Assembly (NCBI GenBank): GCA_963665845.2
Contig: OY762492.1
Span: forward strand, 2,656,001 to 2,720,000
Direction: 5' to 3'
DNA: 64,000 nt
From: Candidatus Poribacteria bacterium
GTDB taxonomy: Bacteria > Poribacteria > WGA-4E > GCA-2687025
Position 1 is the first letter of the stretch; every line of letters begins with the position of its first letter. The translations under genes and the position numbers were made by a program. Positions 37,088 to 45,824 of the stretch are shown piece after piece. The notes under the pieces were generated by a model, which was not told where the DNA came from, made no database searches, and saw nothing but the letters and a program-made list of their open reading frames with translations.

Positions 37088-38343
37088 GTCGCTTCTCCGT
37101 TCTCTTTCGTGTCTGATTTCAGTTCCAGCCTGACAATGTCGCCTCTCAACGCCTCGCCGGTCACCAGAACGGCGCGCGACATGGCGGGGCGCATCGCCTC
37201 TTCGACTCGTATTGTTCCAATCAGTTTTTCGACCGCGCCGATCTTTTCGCCGGTGTCAGGGTCCAGCACCGGCTCGCCTTCTCGATAGACGCGGAACATG
37301 TCGCCCGTTTTTACCTTGTGTTTTCCGCCGAGATTGATGTAGATCTCGTTCTCCTGTATAAACGCGATTTTTCCGATCAGCGCCTCCCGCGCCGGCTCCG
37401 CCTCCCCCTCTTCAGGCAGCGCCGGCCCGATGCGGTCCCGCAGCTGGACGACCGCCGAATTCAGCGTCTTCGCCGTGACAATTCCAAGCAGCGTTCGGCG
37501 GTAGTTGGGCGGCGCGCCTCGTTTTTCCGGCGCGTCCCAGCCGTTGACGCCGAATTTGATCCTGTTCAAAAGGCTGTATTCCACAATGGGCGGCTGTCGT
37601 TTCGGCGCGGCGGCGTCTTGAGAGCCGAGCCTTGTGGACGCCCCTTGGTTGTCTAAGGAGGTCGCGAGCGGACCTGTCTGCGCGGAGCCGACGGAATAGG
37701 TCGCCGTTTCGTCGATGCGCGCGGACAGCAGCTCACGCCCCTCCGGTCCGTAGGCGGTGAACTGAACCCGCGCGGAGGCGCGATAATGCGCCGCCTCCAC
37801 CCCGACCTTGCCGGTTGCTGAAAACGTCCCTCCGCCGCCCATCTTTCCGCTTGTTCCGCCGCGCAGCCGTTCCTGTCTGAACTTTTCGATCTTGCCGGTC
37901 AGGAGCGCGTCCGCGCCGAGATGCGCCGCGAGCCGTTTTCGCGCCGCCTCTTTTTTGAGGTCTTTTGGATTCAGCTTGAGCTGCGCCAGCGCCGCGTTCA
38001 TCTCTTCTGGGGAGATCGGCTCGTATCCGTAGGCGCTTTCCAGCGTTGTCGTCAGCATGTCGCGGAAGCCCGCCGCAAGGTCCCACCGCTCGCGCGCCCC
38101 GCGCGTCCGCCCGAACAGCTTCTCCAGAGGTCCCATCGGAATGCATCCGCATCCGCGCGGAGAGTCGAACCCGGAGCTGTCTTGAAATTCAAGAACGGCA
38201 AGCCGCTTGTTGAACGACTCATCCGCCGACCATGCTGTTGAAAGGGCGGCGAAGAGAAACGCCGCGGCGGCAAAAAGCGCGCCGGTTTTTAAAACGCGCG
38301 CGGAAAACGGACGGGCAAATTTAAAAAAGAAAAAAAGAGGCAA
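37075..38343 (-). CDS. Secreted CsgG/FlgT-like protein (start uncertain)
   Basis: Signal peptide, RLAVLEF, ADALLTGKI; C-terminal IYINLG...GDMFRVYREGE..DPDTGE. Confidence 0.7.
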   Translation of the reverse strand: MPLFFFFKFARPFSARVLKTGALFAAAAFLFAALSTAWSADESFNKRLAVLEFQDSSGFDSPRGCGCIPMGPLEKLFGRTRGARERWDLAAGFRDMLTTTLESAYGYEPISPEEMNAALAQLKLNPKDLKKEAARKRLAAHLGADALLTGKIEKFRQERLRGGTSGKMGGGGTFSATGKVGVEAAHYRASARVQFTAYGPEGRELLSARIDETATYSVGSAQTGPLATSLDNQGASTRLGSQDAAAPKRQPPIVEYSLLNRIKFGVNGWDAPEKRGAPPNYRRTLLGIVTAKTLNSAVVQLRDRIGPALPEEGEAEPAREALIGKIAFIQENEIYINLGGKHKVKTGDMFRVYREGEPVLDPDTGEKIGAVEKLIGTIRVEEAMRPAMSRAVLVTGEALRGDIVRLELKSDTKENGEATCGD

Positions 38344-38365
38344 GGAATGCTCCTCCAGAGGCGGC

Positions 38366-38629
38366 TCATCCGCCGCGTATCGCCGGTATAAAATGGATTT
38401 CGCTGTCGGGCTGGACAGGTTGAATGAGACCCATCGTTTCCGTTTCGCCGTCGATGGAGGCGGCGACGCCCGGCATCAGCTCTCCGTCCTGCGTGAGCCG
38501 CTTTTTGACGCCCGGAAAAAGTTCCTCAAGCGCGTCAATAATCTGCCGAAGCGTCGCGCCTTCCAGCTCCACCTGCTCAACGCCGCCTGTATGCCGCCGC
38601 ATCAACGGCGGTATAAATACGGTCGCCAT
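38366..38629 (-). CDS. MoaD/ThiS family sulfur carrier
   Basis: MATVFIP..RRHTGG, ubiquitin-like length, C-terminal IPAIRGG. Confidence 0.9.
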   Translation of the reverse strand: MATVFIPPLMRRHTGGVEQVELEGATLRQIIDALEELFPGVKKRLTQDGELMPGVAASIDGETETMGLIQPVQPDSEIHFIPAIRGG

Positions 38630-38712
38630 GTCGATCCTCCTCCGCGTTTGACCCAGAACAATGCGCCGCATGGCATGATACTCCTGTTTGAGTCGACGCG
38701 CAAATGAAAGGA

Positions 38713-39251
38713 CTGACCTCATGCATAAAGTTGGGACACTTGAACCGACGATCGCTCTATTCATGGGAAAAGGCGCCGCCAAACAGTTCGTCATTCCCGC
38801 GCAAGCGGGAATCTTAAGGCGTCGCAGCCGCCGTGGCGGCTAAAACCCCCCCAGCCCCCCTTTTCAAGGGGGGAGTCTAGAAACCCCGCGCCCCCTGCCT
38901 CCCGCTGGTCGTCATTCCCGCGCAAGCGGGAATCTTAAGGCGTCGCAGCCGCCGTGGCGGCTAAAACCCCCCCAGCCCCTCTTTTCAAGGGGGGAGTCTA
39001 GAAACCCCGCGCCCCCTGCCTCCCGCTGGTCGTCATTCCCGCGCAAGCGGGAATCTTAAGGCGTCGCAGCCGCCGTGGCGGCTAAAACCCCCCAGCCCCC
39101 CTTTCAAGGGGGGAGTCTAGAAACCCCGCGCCCCCTGCCTCCCGCTGGTCGTCATTCCCGCGCAAGCGGGAATCCAGATGCGCCGCAAGAGACGTCCGCC
39201 CTTGCGGTAAGACTTCATGCCGACATGTCCCAACTAAAGAAGCAAGGTCAG
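38713..39251 (+). mobile_element. MITE-like element expanded by three tandem ~121-bp units
   Basis: Left CTGACCTCATGCATAAAGTTGGGACA; right TGTCCCAACTAAAGAAGCAAGGTCAG; GTCATTCCCGCGCAAGCGGGAATC at 38790, 38911, 39032 and 39151. Confidence 0.85.
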
Positions 39252-39369
39252 GCGCCTTCCGTTCACTTTTACTCTAAAAGGCGCTAACATACTGGACAGC
39301 GATTTTAAACAATCCAACCCGTAACGGCGTCTAACAAGATACGCGCCCGACCATGACACGATCGAAAAG

Positions 39370-40734
39370 GTGGATATGGACATACGAAGATTGACGCGGT
39401 TCACATGCTGCTGGATCGCGGCGGCATGCGCCCTTGCCGCAAGCGCGCAAAACGGCGCCGCCCCCGAACCGCCCGACAACCTGAACGAAATACTCGGCAT
39501 TGAGGAATGCATACAGATCGGCCTCGAATACGCGGCTTCCATACGCGCTGCGAGGCTGTCGGAAAGCTCCAGCCGCCTCAGCCTGCAAGACGCGCAATCC
39601 GCTTATCTGCCGACGATCCAGACGCAAGGCTCCTATTTCGCCAACGACCGCATCGATTTTGACATCGAACGCGAAAATCTGGACTGGAGAATCACCGCCA
39701 ACTACACGCTCTGGGACCATGGCAGACGGCGCATTCAGCTGAACCAAGCGCGCAACAGCCTCGAAAGCGCGCAAACCGACCTGGAACGGAACCGGCAAGA
39801 CCTTGTGCTTTCCGTTGTCCGGGCGTACTACAGGCAGCTGGAAGCGCAAAAGCTGGTGGAGCTGGACAAGTCGCTCCTAGAAGCGTCCCAGGAGAACGCT
39901 GAAAAGGTGCGCGCTTTCATGCTGATCGGAAAAACGGCGGTCGAAGCGGATGTCGCCGCCGCGGAAGTGCGCGTCGCCGCGGATGAGCTTTCCCTTCTGA
40001 ACGATGAGAACGCGCTCTCCATCGCCCAAGCTCAACTCCCAAGAACGCTCGGACTCCCTCCCGAACAGCCGATACAGATTGCGGACGACCCAGGCTTCAC
40101 CCTTTATCAAGAAACAGGGCAATTTGAACGGTACGCCAAAACGCTTGAAGAGACGGTCGCCGAGGCGCTTCAAAAACGCCAGGCGGTCAAGGCGTCCGAA
40201 CTGGACCTGCGCTTCTTGGAGCTAAGCCTCAAACGGGCGGCGCGGGAGCGACTGCCGCAACTGACCGCGCAAGCGAACTACGGCGTCGACCTCCATAACT
40301 TTTTGCGCGAACGGGAAAACTTCAAGGAATTTCGGTCATGGGACGCCGCGGCGCGCCTCTCCTTTCCGATCTTCGACGCGGGTTACAACCGCCGCCAGCT
40401 GGACCGCGCCAACATCAATCTTCTGCGGGCGCGAGAGCTGCATGCAGACCTGAAACGCGGCATCTCGCTGGACGCGACGCAGGCGTACTACAATCTCAAA
40501 CAGGCTGAAAAACGGCTCGACATCTCCGCGGTGCAGGTTCGAAACGCGCAGCTGAATCTGGACGTAACAACTGAACAGTACGCGCAGGGGCTGGTGATAT
40601 TGCTTGAGCTGCTGGACGCGCAGACGCAATTTGGGCAGGCAATAACGAATCAGGTCCGCGCCTATTACGACTACAAGATCGCGCAGCGGTCGCTGGAGCG
40701 CTCCGTCGGAAAAGCGGCGCCGGCAGCCCCTTAA
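39370..40734 (+). CDS. TolC family outer-membrane protein
   Basis: Signal peptide, IEECIQIGLE, LSFPIFDAG, ELLDAQ, YYDYKIA. Confidence 0.9.
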   Translation: MDMDIRRLTRFTCCWIAAACALAASAQNGAAPEPPDNLNEILGIEECIQIGLEYAASIRAARLSESSSRLSLQDAQSAYLPTIQTQGSYFANDRIDFDIERENLDWRITANYTLWDHGRRRIQLNQARNSLESAQTDLERNRQDLVLSVVRAYYRQLEAQKLVELDKSLLEASQENAEKVRAFMLIGKTAVEADVAAAEVRVAADELSLLNDENALSIAQAQLPRTLGLPPEQPIQIADDPGFTLYQETGQFERYAKTLEETVAEALQKRQAVKASELDLRFLELSLKRAARERLPQLTAQANYGVDLHNFLRERENFKEFRSWDAAARLSFPIFDAGYNRRQLDRANINLLRARELHADLKRGISLDATQAYYNLKQAEKRLDISAVQVRNAQLNLDVTTEQYAQGLVILLELLDAQTQFGQAITNQVRAYYDYKIAQRSLERSVGKAAPAAP

Positions 40735-40754
40735 CAGAAGCGGAATTCAACCCT

Positions 40755-42683
40755 ATGAACCGCAAAAAATGGACGCTCATCGGAACGGCGGCGCTCATCG
40801 CCCTGATCGCAGGAGGAGGTTATTTCTTCTTAAAACCCTCCAAAAGCGAAGAGGAGAAACCGCGCTCTGAAATTGTCCGCTCGGCTCCGTTCATCGTCAA
40901 AATACGTGAAACGGGCAAGCTGGAGCCGCTCATCTCCGTCAATGTGAAATCGAACGTTGAAGGCGAAATCGCGCGCATATACGTCCGCCAAGGCGACAAG
41001 GTACAGCAGGGCGATACGCTCATCAAACTGGACGACGAACGCATACGGGAGGAGCAGGTTCAAGCAAACGCGAACCTGGAAGCGGCGAAGGCGCAGCTTG
41101 ATCAATCGAAGCAGTCGGTTGAGTTGACGCGCATTCGTCAGAACGCGCTGCAAAAGTCGGCGGAAGATGGGGCGAGCATTGCAAAAGCGTCTCTGGACGC
41201 CGCCAAAAAATCGACCATTCAGCAGATACGTTCGGCGGAGCTGGAGCTGGCAAACGCCCGCGCCTATCTTGACCAGGATCTGATCGCGTTGAATCAGGCG
41301 CGCATCACGGAGCGGCAGAGTCAGTTGAGTTTGAGCCGGGCGAAATCGCGCCTCTCTTCCACGCGCGTCAACCTTACGAACGCCGAGTCGGAATTGACCC
41401 GCTCTAAAGAGCTGTATGAAAAAAAGTATATCTCGTTGAGCGCGCTGGAAAACGCGCAAGCCGCCGAAGCCTCCGCCCGAACAACCTACGAGCAGACGGA
41501 GCAGGATGTGTCCGCCGCCGAGGAGTCGGTCAAATCCGCCGCGGAGTCGATTGCGTCCCGCGAGACCGGCATCGCCAGCCGGCGCGAGGCGATACGGGTT
41601 CAAGAAGCGAATCTGGAGACGCTCAAAGAATCGCGCGAGGCGATCGAGTATCAGGCGGAGCTGCAGCTTCAAACGGCGCAAACAGAGCTGAAACGCGTGC
41701 GCGATTCGGCGGAGGCGGAAGTAAAAAACAGCGAATCGGCGCTGGCGATTGCGAACGCGAACTACATCCGCGCCGAAAGCGGACTCAAAAACGCGCAGGA
41801 GCGGCTTGAATGGACGGAGATCGTCGCGCCGCTCACCGGCTCCATCATCGCGCTTGTAGTGGAGGAGGGGGAGATTGTTCAATCGGGCAGATCCGCCTTC
41901 GCGCAAGGTCCCGCCATTATGACCATCGCCGATCTGTCGCAGATGGTCATCAAAACATATATCAACGAGGTGGACATTCCGCGCATACAGGTTGACCAGA
42001 AGATAGAGATCCACCTCGGCGCCTATCCCGAACAGGTGTTTGAGGGGCGCGTCAAGGAGATCTCGCCTCAAGGCATACCGCTGGAGAATGTCACCAAGTT
42101 TGAGGTGGTCATCGAAGCGCTCGGCTCCCCCGAAGAGCTGAAGCCTGGGATGAACGCGGACGTCGACATCGTTGTCGCCGACCGGCAAGATGTGACGCAG
42201 CTGCCGATCGAGACGCTCATCGAAAAAACAAAGATGATTGTTCAGCTGGGGGTCGCCGGCGCCGATATGCAGCGGCTGAGCATAGATCAAAGCGTGGATG
42301 TGGAGTCGCGTTCCGGCAAGCGTTACGGGGGGCGCATCGTCGCGTTCAACGAATCGGGCGAGTATGCGGCGACCGTGTTTATCGATGAGACGGCGCCGGC
42401 GGGTCTCCGCGCCGGGATTCAGACCATGTCGCTGATTCTGAAAGCGGACAGCGGCAAGAAGGAAGACGAAACGAAAATAGAAGACCTGCGCTGCCTCGTC
42501 CAGAGAGACCGAAAACAGCTGGTGCTGCTGCCGGTTGAAACGGAAAACAAGGACGAATCCAGCGACCGAGAGACGGCGATCAAGGTCGGCTTGCGAAACG
42601 ATATGTCGTTTGAAATACTGGAAGGACTCAGCGTCGGAGACTCGGTTCTCGTGCCGGACCTCTCCAGGCTTATTGGAAGGTAG
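40755..42683 (+). CDS. MacA/HlyD-like periplasmic adaptor with a very long coiled coil
   Basis: N-terminal TM, VKSNVEGEI..IYVRQGDKV, long helical region, IVAPLTGSI, LKPGMNADVDI. Confidence 0.9.
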   Translation: MNRKKWTLIGTAALIALIAGGGYFFLKPSKSEEEKPRSEIVRSAPFIVKIRETGKLEPLISVNVKSNVEGEIARIYVRQGDKVQQGDTLIKLDDERIREEQVQANANLEAAKAQLDQSKQSVELTRIRQNALQKSAEDGASIAKASLDAAKKSTIQQIRSAELELANARAYLDQDLIALNQARITERQSQLSLSRAKSRLSSTRVNLTNAESELTRSKELYEKKYISLSALENAQAAEASARTTYEQTEQDVSAAEESVKSAAESIASRETGIASRREAIRVQEANLETLKESREAIEYQAELQLQTAQTELKRVRDSAEAEVKNSESALAIANANYIRAESGLKNAQERLEWTEIVAPLTGSIIALVVEEGEIVQSGRSAFAQGPAIMTIADLSQMVIKTYINEVDIPRIQVDQKIEIHLGAYPEQVFEGRVKEISPQGIPLENVTKFEVVIEALGSPEELKPGMNADVDIVVADRQDVTQLPIETLIEKTKMIVQLGVAGADMQRLSIDQSVDVESRSGKRYGGRIVAFNESGEYAATVFIDETAPAGLRAGIQTMSLILKADSGKKEDETKIEDLRCLVQRDRKQLVLLPVETENKDESSDRETAIKVGLRNDMSFEILEGLSVGDSVLVPDLSRLIGR

Positions 42684-42686
42684 ATT

Positions 42687-43472
42687 ATGCTTAGATACCG
42701 CAGACAATCGGCTGAAGACGGCGGATCAACGAACGGCGCTCCGCCTATTATTCAAGTGAACGACCTGCATAAAACCTATGTGATGGGCGATGTGCAGGTG
42801 CATGCGCTTCGCGGCGTCAGCCTCAACATCACCCAGGGCGAGATGGTCGCCATCATGGGTCCGTCCGGCTCCGGCAAGTCCACCTTTATGGACATACTCG
42901 GCTGCCTCTCCAAGCCGACGCAGGGAGAGTATGTTCTGGAAGGCTCCGCCGTTGAGACGCTGAACGACAACCGCCTCGCCGAGATACGCAACCGCAAAAT
43001 CGGCTTTGTGTTTCAATCGTTCAACCTGCTGCCGCGCATGTCGGCGCTCCATAATGTGGAGCTGCCGCTCATCTATGCCGGCGTCGGCAGGCGGTCGCGC
43101 CGGCGGCGCTCCATGGAGGCGCTGAAGTCGGTCAACCTAGAAGACAGGGCGCATCACCGCTCCAACGAACTCTCCGGGGGACAGATACAGCGCGTCGCCA
43201 TCGCCAGGGCGCTGGTGACGAACCCGTCCATCATCTTCGCCGACGAGCCGACCGGCAATCTCGACACCAAAACGAGCGCCGAAATCATGAGCGTCTTCAC
43301 CGACCTGCATGAGCGCGGCAACACGCTTCTTCTGGTGACGCATGAGCCTGAAATCGCGTCGTATTGCCAGCGAATCATACGGCTGCGGGACGGGCTGGTG
43401 GAGGCGGATGAATGGATCAAAGAGAAATGCGATACGCCGGAGTTTGAGGTTGTGGGCGATGAGCGGATGTGA
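42687..43472 (+). CDS. ABC transporter ATP-binding protein (MacB/LolD/FtsE family)
   Basis: GPSGSGKST, IGFVFQSFNL, LSGGQIQR, ADEPTGNLD, VTH. Confidence 0.95.
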   Translation: MLRYRRQSAEDGGSTNGAPPIIQVNDLHKTYVMGDVQVHALRGVSLNITQGEMVAIMGPSGSGKSTFMDILGCLSKPTQGEYVLEGSAVETLNDNRLAEIRNRKIGFVFQSFNLLPRMSALHNVELPLIYAGVGRRSRRRRSMEALKSVNLEDRAHHRSNELSGGQIQRVAIARALVTNPSIIFADEPTGNLDTKTSAEIMSVFTDLHERGNTLLLVTHEPEIASYCQRIIRLRDGLVEADEWIKEKCDTPEFEVVGDERM

Positions 43473-43986
43473 GCTTCGCTTTGGAAAGGCGCGCCCAGGG
43501 GACATCGAGGCGATGCTGCGCATTGAGCTGCAGTCGTTTGGGGCGCCGTGGACGCGCGCCTTGTTTGAAAAGGAGCTGTCCGGCGAATTGCCGCAGTCCA
43601 GAACAACCGCCGCCTGGCTCAACGGCAAGCTTGCCGCATACTGCGTCGCATGGACGGCGGCGGACGAAACGCATATCGTCAACTTCGCCGTCCATCCAAA
43701 CCTGCGCCGTCAAGGGATCGGGAAGGCGCTTGTGCGGCATGTTTTCGCCGACGCGCTCCGCGGCAAAGCGCCCCGCGTCACCTTAGAGGTCCGCGTCAGC
43801 AACCGCCCCGCAATCCGCCTCTATGAAAGCATGGGGTTCCGAATTGCCGCCGTACGCAAAGGCTACTATCGGGACAACGGCGAGGACGCCTACGTCATGT
43901 GGGCGGACGCGCGCCATGAACCAACCTCAACCGAAAGCGTCAACAATGAATGCCAGAGAAGTCCGATGGGAGCGCATGTTCCCTGA
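43459..43986 (+). CDS. rimI: Ribosomal protein S18 alanine N-acetyltransferase
   Basis: IELQSFGAPW, AVHPNLRRQGIG, LEVRVSN, RKGYYRDNGEDAYVM. Confidence 0.9.
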   Translation: MSGCELRFGKARPGDIEAMLRIELQSFGAPWTRALFEKELSGELPQSRTTAAWLNGKLAAYCVAWTAADETHIVNFAVHPNLRRQGIGKALVRHVFADALRGKAPRVTLEVRVSNRPAIRLYESMGFRIAAVRKGYYRDNGEDAYVMWADARHEPTSTESVNNECQRSPMGAHVP

Positions 43987-44887
43987 TGAGCTGGAAGCCG
44001 CCTTTCAAAACTGCCCCGTTCTCTATTTCTCCTACGGGCTGTGCGAGCCTCACGGTCCGCAAAACGCTGTCGGGCTGGACGCGCTGAAGGCGCATGCAAT
44101 CGCATGCAAAGCGGCGCGGAAATACGGAGGGATCGCCGCGCCGCCGGACTACTGGCATATCCATGAACTGGGCGGATATGCGCATTGGGCGCATAACTCC
44201 GTCGGACAGGTTGAACGGCACTGGATGACCTCCGTTCCGCCATGGATTCATTTTAAAAACATCTGCTACCAGATACGGACGGCGGACGCGCTCGGCTTCC
44301 GCGCCGCCGTTCTTTTGACAGGGCATTACGGTCCCAACTGGGAAGATTTAAAAACGCTGACGCAGTTGATTCAACCGTACGCCGCTGTCCGCCTTTACTC
44401 GCTGCCCGACTTTGAGGCGAATCAGCCCGGCATGGACGGCGCGTCCGGCGACCATGCAGGCAAAGTCGAAACCTCGCTGCTGTGGGCGTTGGAGCCTGAC
44501 TGCGTCGACATGTCCAGAATGCCCGGCCGAGACGACCCCGGACCCCACTTCGCTATGGGCGGGAACGCCTACGAGGCGGATCGGCGCGTCGGGGAGCGCA
44601 TGGCGGAGGATGAGGCGCGGTTCTTGGGCGAAAAGGCGCGCGAACTGCTGGAAGCGTATGAAGAGGCGCATCAGGGCGGGGAACCTGAAAACAGGCTGCG
44701 CACCTTCGACGATGTGGAGCGGGTCTGGGAAGAGGCAGTCCTGCCGGCGCTGGGCGAATTCAAGACGATGAACGACGGGCATCTCCAGGAGCCGCTGCCG
44801 TCCTCCTCCGTCTGGTCGGCGAATTCGCCCATACCTAAGCGCCGCGGAGAGCGGTTTAGCCGCCCGAAGACCAGCGCGTTCCGTTGA
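43946..44887 (+). CDS. Creatininase/amidohydrolase family protein
   Basis: GLCEPHGP, TGHYG, DHAGKVETS. Confidence 0.88.
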   Translation: MNAREVRWERMFPDELEAAFQNCPVLYFSYGLCEPHGPQNAVGLDALKAHAIACKAARKYGGIAAPPDYWHIHELGGYAHWAHNSVGQVERHWMTSVPPWIHFKNICYQIRTADALGFRAAVLLTGHYGPNWEDLKTLTQLIQPYAAVRLYSLPDFEANQPGMDGASGDHAGKVETSLLWALEPDCVDMSRMPGRDDPGPHFAMGGNAYEADRRVGERMAEDEARFLGEKARELLEAYEEAHQGGEPENRLRTFDDVERVWEEAVLPALGEFKTMNDGHLQEPLPSSSVWSANSPIPKRRGERFSRPKTSAFR

Positions 44888-45479
44888 CGACCAGCTTCGC
44901 AAACATCGGATGCTCGCAGGCGGACGGGTCATGCCCAAGCGCAATGTAGCAGACGCGCCCCTCTCCATGCGGCTTCGTCCAGACGACAGGGTGCGCCTCG
45001 CCTTTATGCAGCGCGGTTGCCAGCGTCAGAACCCGCGAGTCGTAGTTCAGAATGTACTGCTCGTCGGTCACAAAAAATTCGGAGTCCACGCCGTCTGTGA
45101 CGGGATGCTCCACGTCGGTCAGGCTCACCTGGTACTGGCGGTAACGCGGGTGCGTCACAAAGTATCCGCCGACGATGTTGCGGTAGTCGGGGTCGCCGCG
45201 GAACGAATCGGCGGCGCTGTGAATGCCGACATACCCTTTTCCGGAGGCGAGCCAGTTGGAGAGTCCTTCCCGCTGCGACGCGGTGATTTCGCCGACCGTG
45301 TAATGAAACACGAGCGCGTCGTACGGTTTCAGGTTGTCTCCTTCGAGAGCCGACAGATCCTCCTGCGCGGTGTCGATGTCGAAGCCGCCGTCCGCTTCCA
45401 GCGCGGCGACCAGATGCGGCTGAATGCCTTTCCAGTCATGAATGCCGCCGCCGCCGAACACTAGCGTTTTGATGCTCAT
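44856..45479 (-). CDS. ThuA-like domain protein
   Basis: GKGYVGIHS, GGYFVTHP, HPVT, DEQY, GEGRVCYIALGH. Confidence 0.9.
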   Translation of the reverse strand: MSIKTLVFGGGGIHDWKGIQPHLVAALEADGGFDIDTAQEDLSALEGDNLKPYDALVFHYTVGEITASQREGLSNWLASGKGYVGIHSAADSFRGDPDYRNIVGGYFVTHPRYRQYQVSLTDVEHPVTDGVDSEFFVTDEQYILNYDSRVLTLATALHKGEAHPVVWTKPHGEGRVCYIALGHDPSACEHPMFAKLVVNGTRWSSGG

Positions 45480-45569
45480 CCGTATCGCTCCATTTTCTGT
45501 TCATGAAAAATGTTGATGGACGCGCTATGTATACCGCTTTCTGCGCTGCGCGTCAACGCCCTCATTTAA

Positions 45570-45797
45570 CCGGCAGTCTCTACAGGCGATGACGACGAAA
45601 ATCCCGTTTGAGTTGTGCTAATCGTGATTCCGCGCACGGAACTAAAACCCCCCCAGCCCCCCTTTTCAAGGGGGGAGTCCAGAAACCGCGCCCCAACCGC
45701 TGTGATTGGGCTATTCGTTCCCCGCTTCCGCGAGGACATGCATTCCCGCGCAAGCGGGAATCCAGAGTTTTCCCAGACAGCCTCCGCATTCCAAAAC
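45570..45797. repeat. Mosaic intergenic repeat
   Basis: C/G hairpin module at ~45642; CCGCTTCCGCGAGGACATGCATTCCCGCGCAAGCGGGAATCCAGAG at ~45722. Confidence 0.85.
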
Positions 45798-45824
45798 GCC
45801 GCATGAGCGCGCTGCCGGACGAGC

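Noticed and set aside
38790-39175. CRISPR-like palindromic repeats with spacers
   Set aside because: The intervening sequences are near-identical and ~97 bp long, and the palindrome is dispersed across the window
40830-42707. Long antisense ORFs (625 aa here; also 51212-53059, 55883-57160 and 62738-63919)
   Set aside because: They mirror well-supported genes on the opposite strand, as expected from high-GC codon bias, and have no motifs
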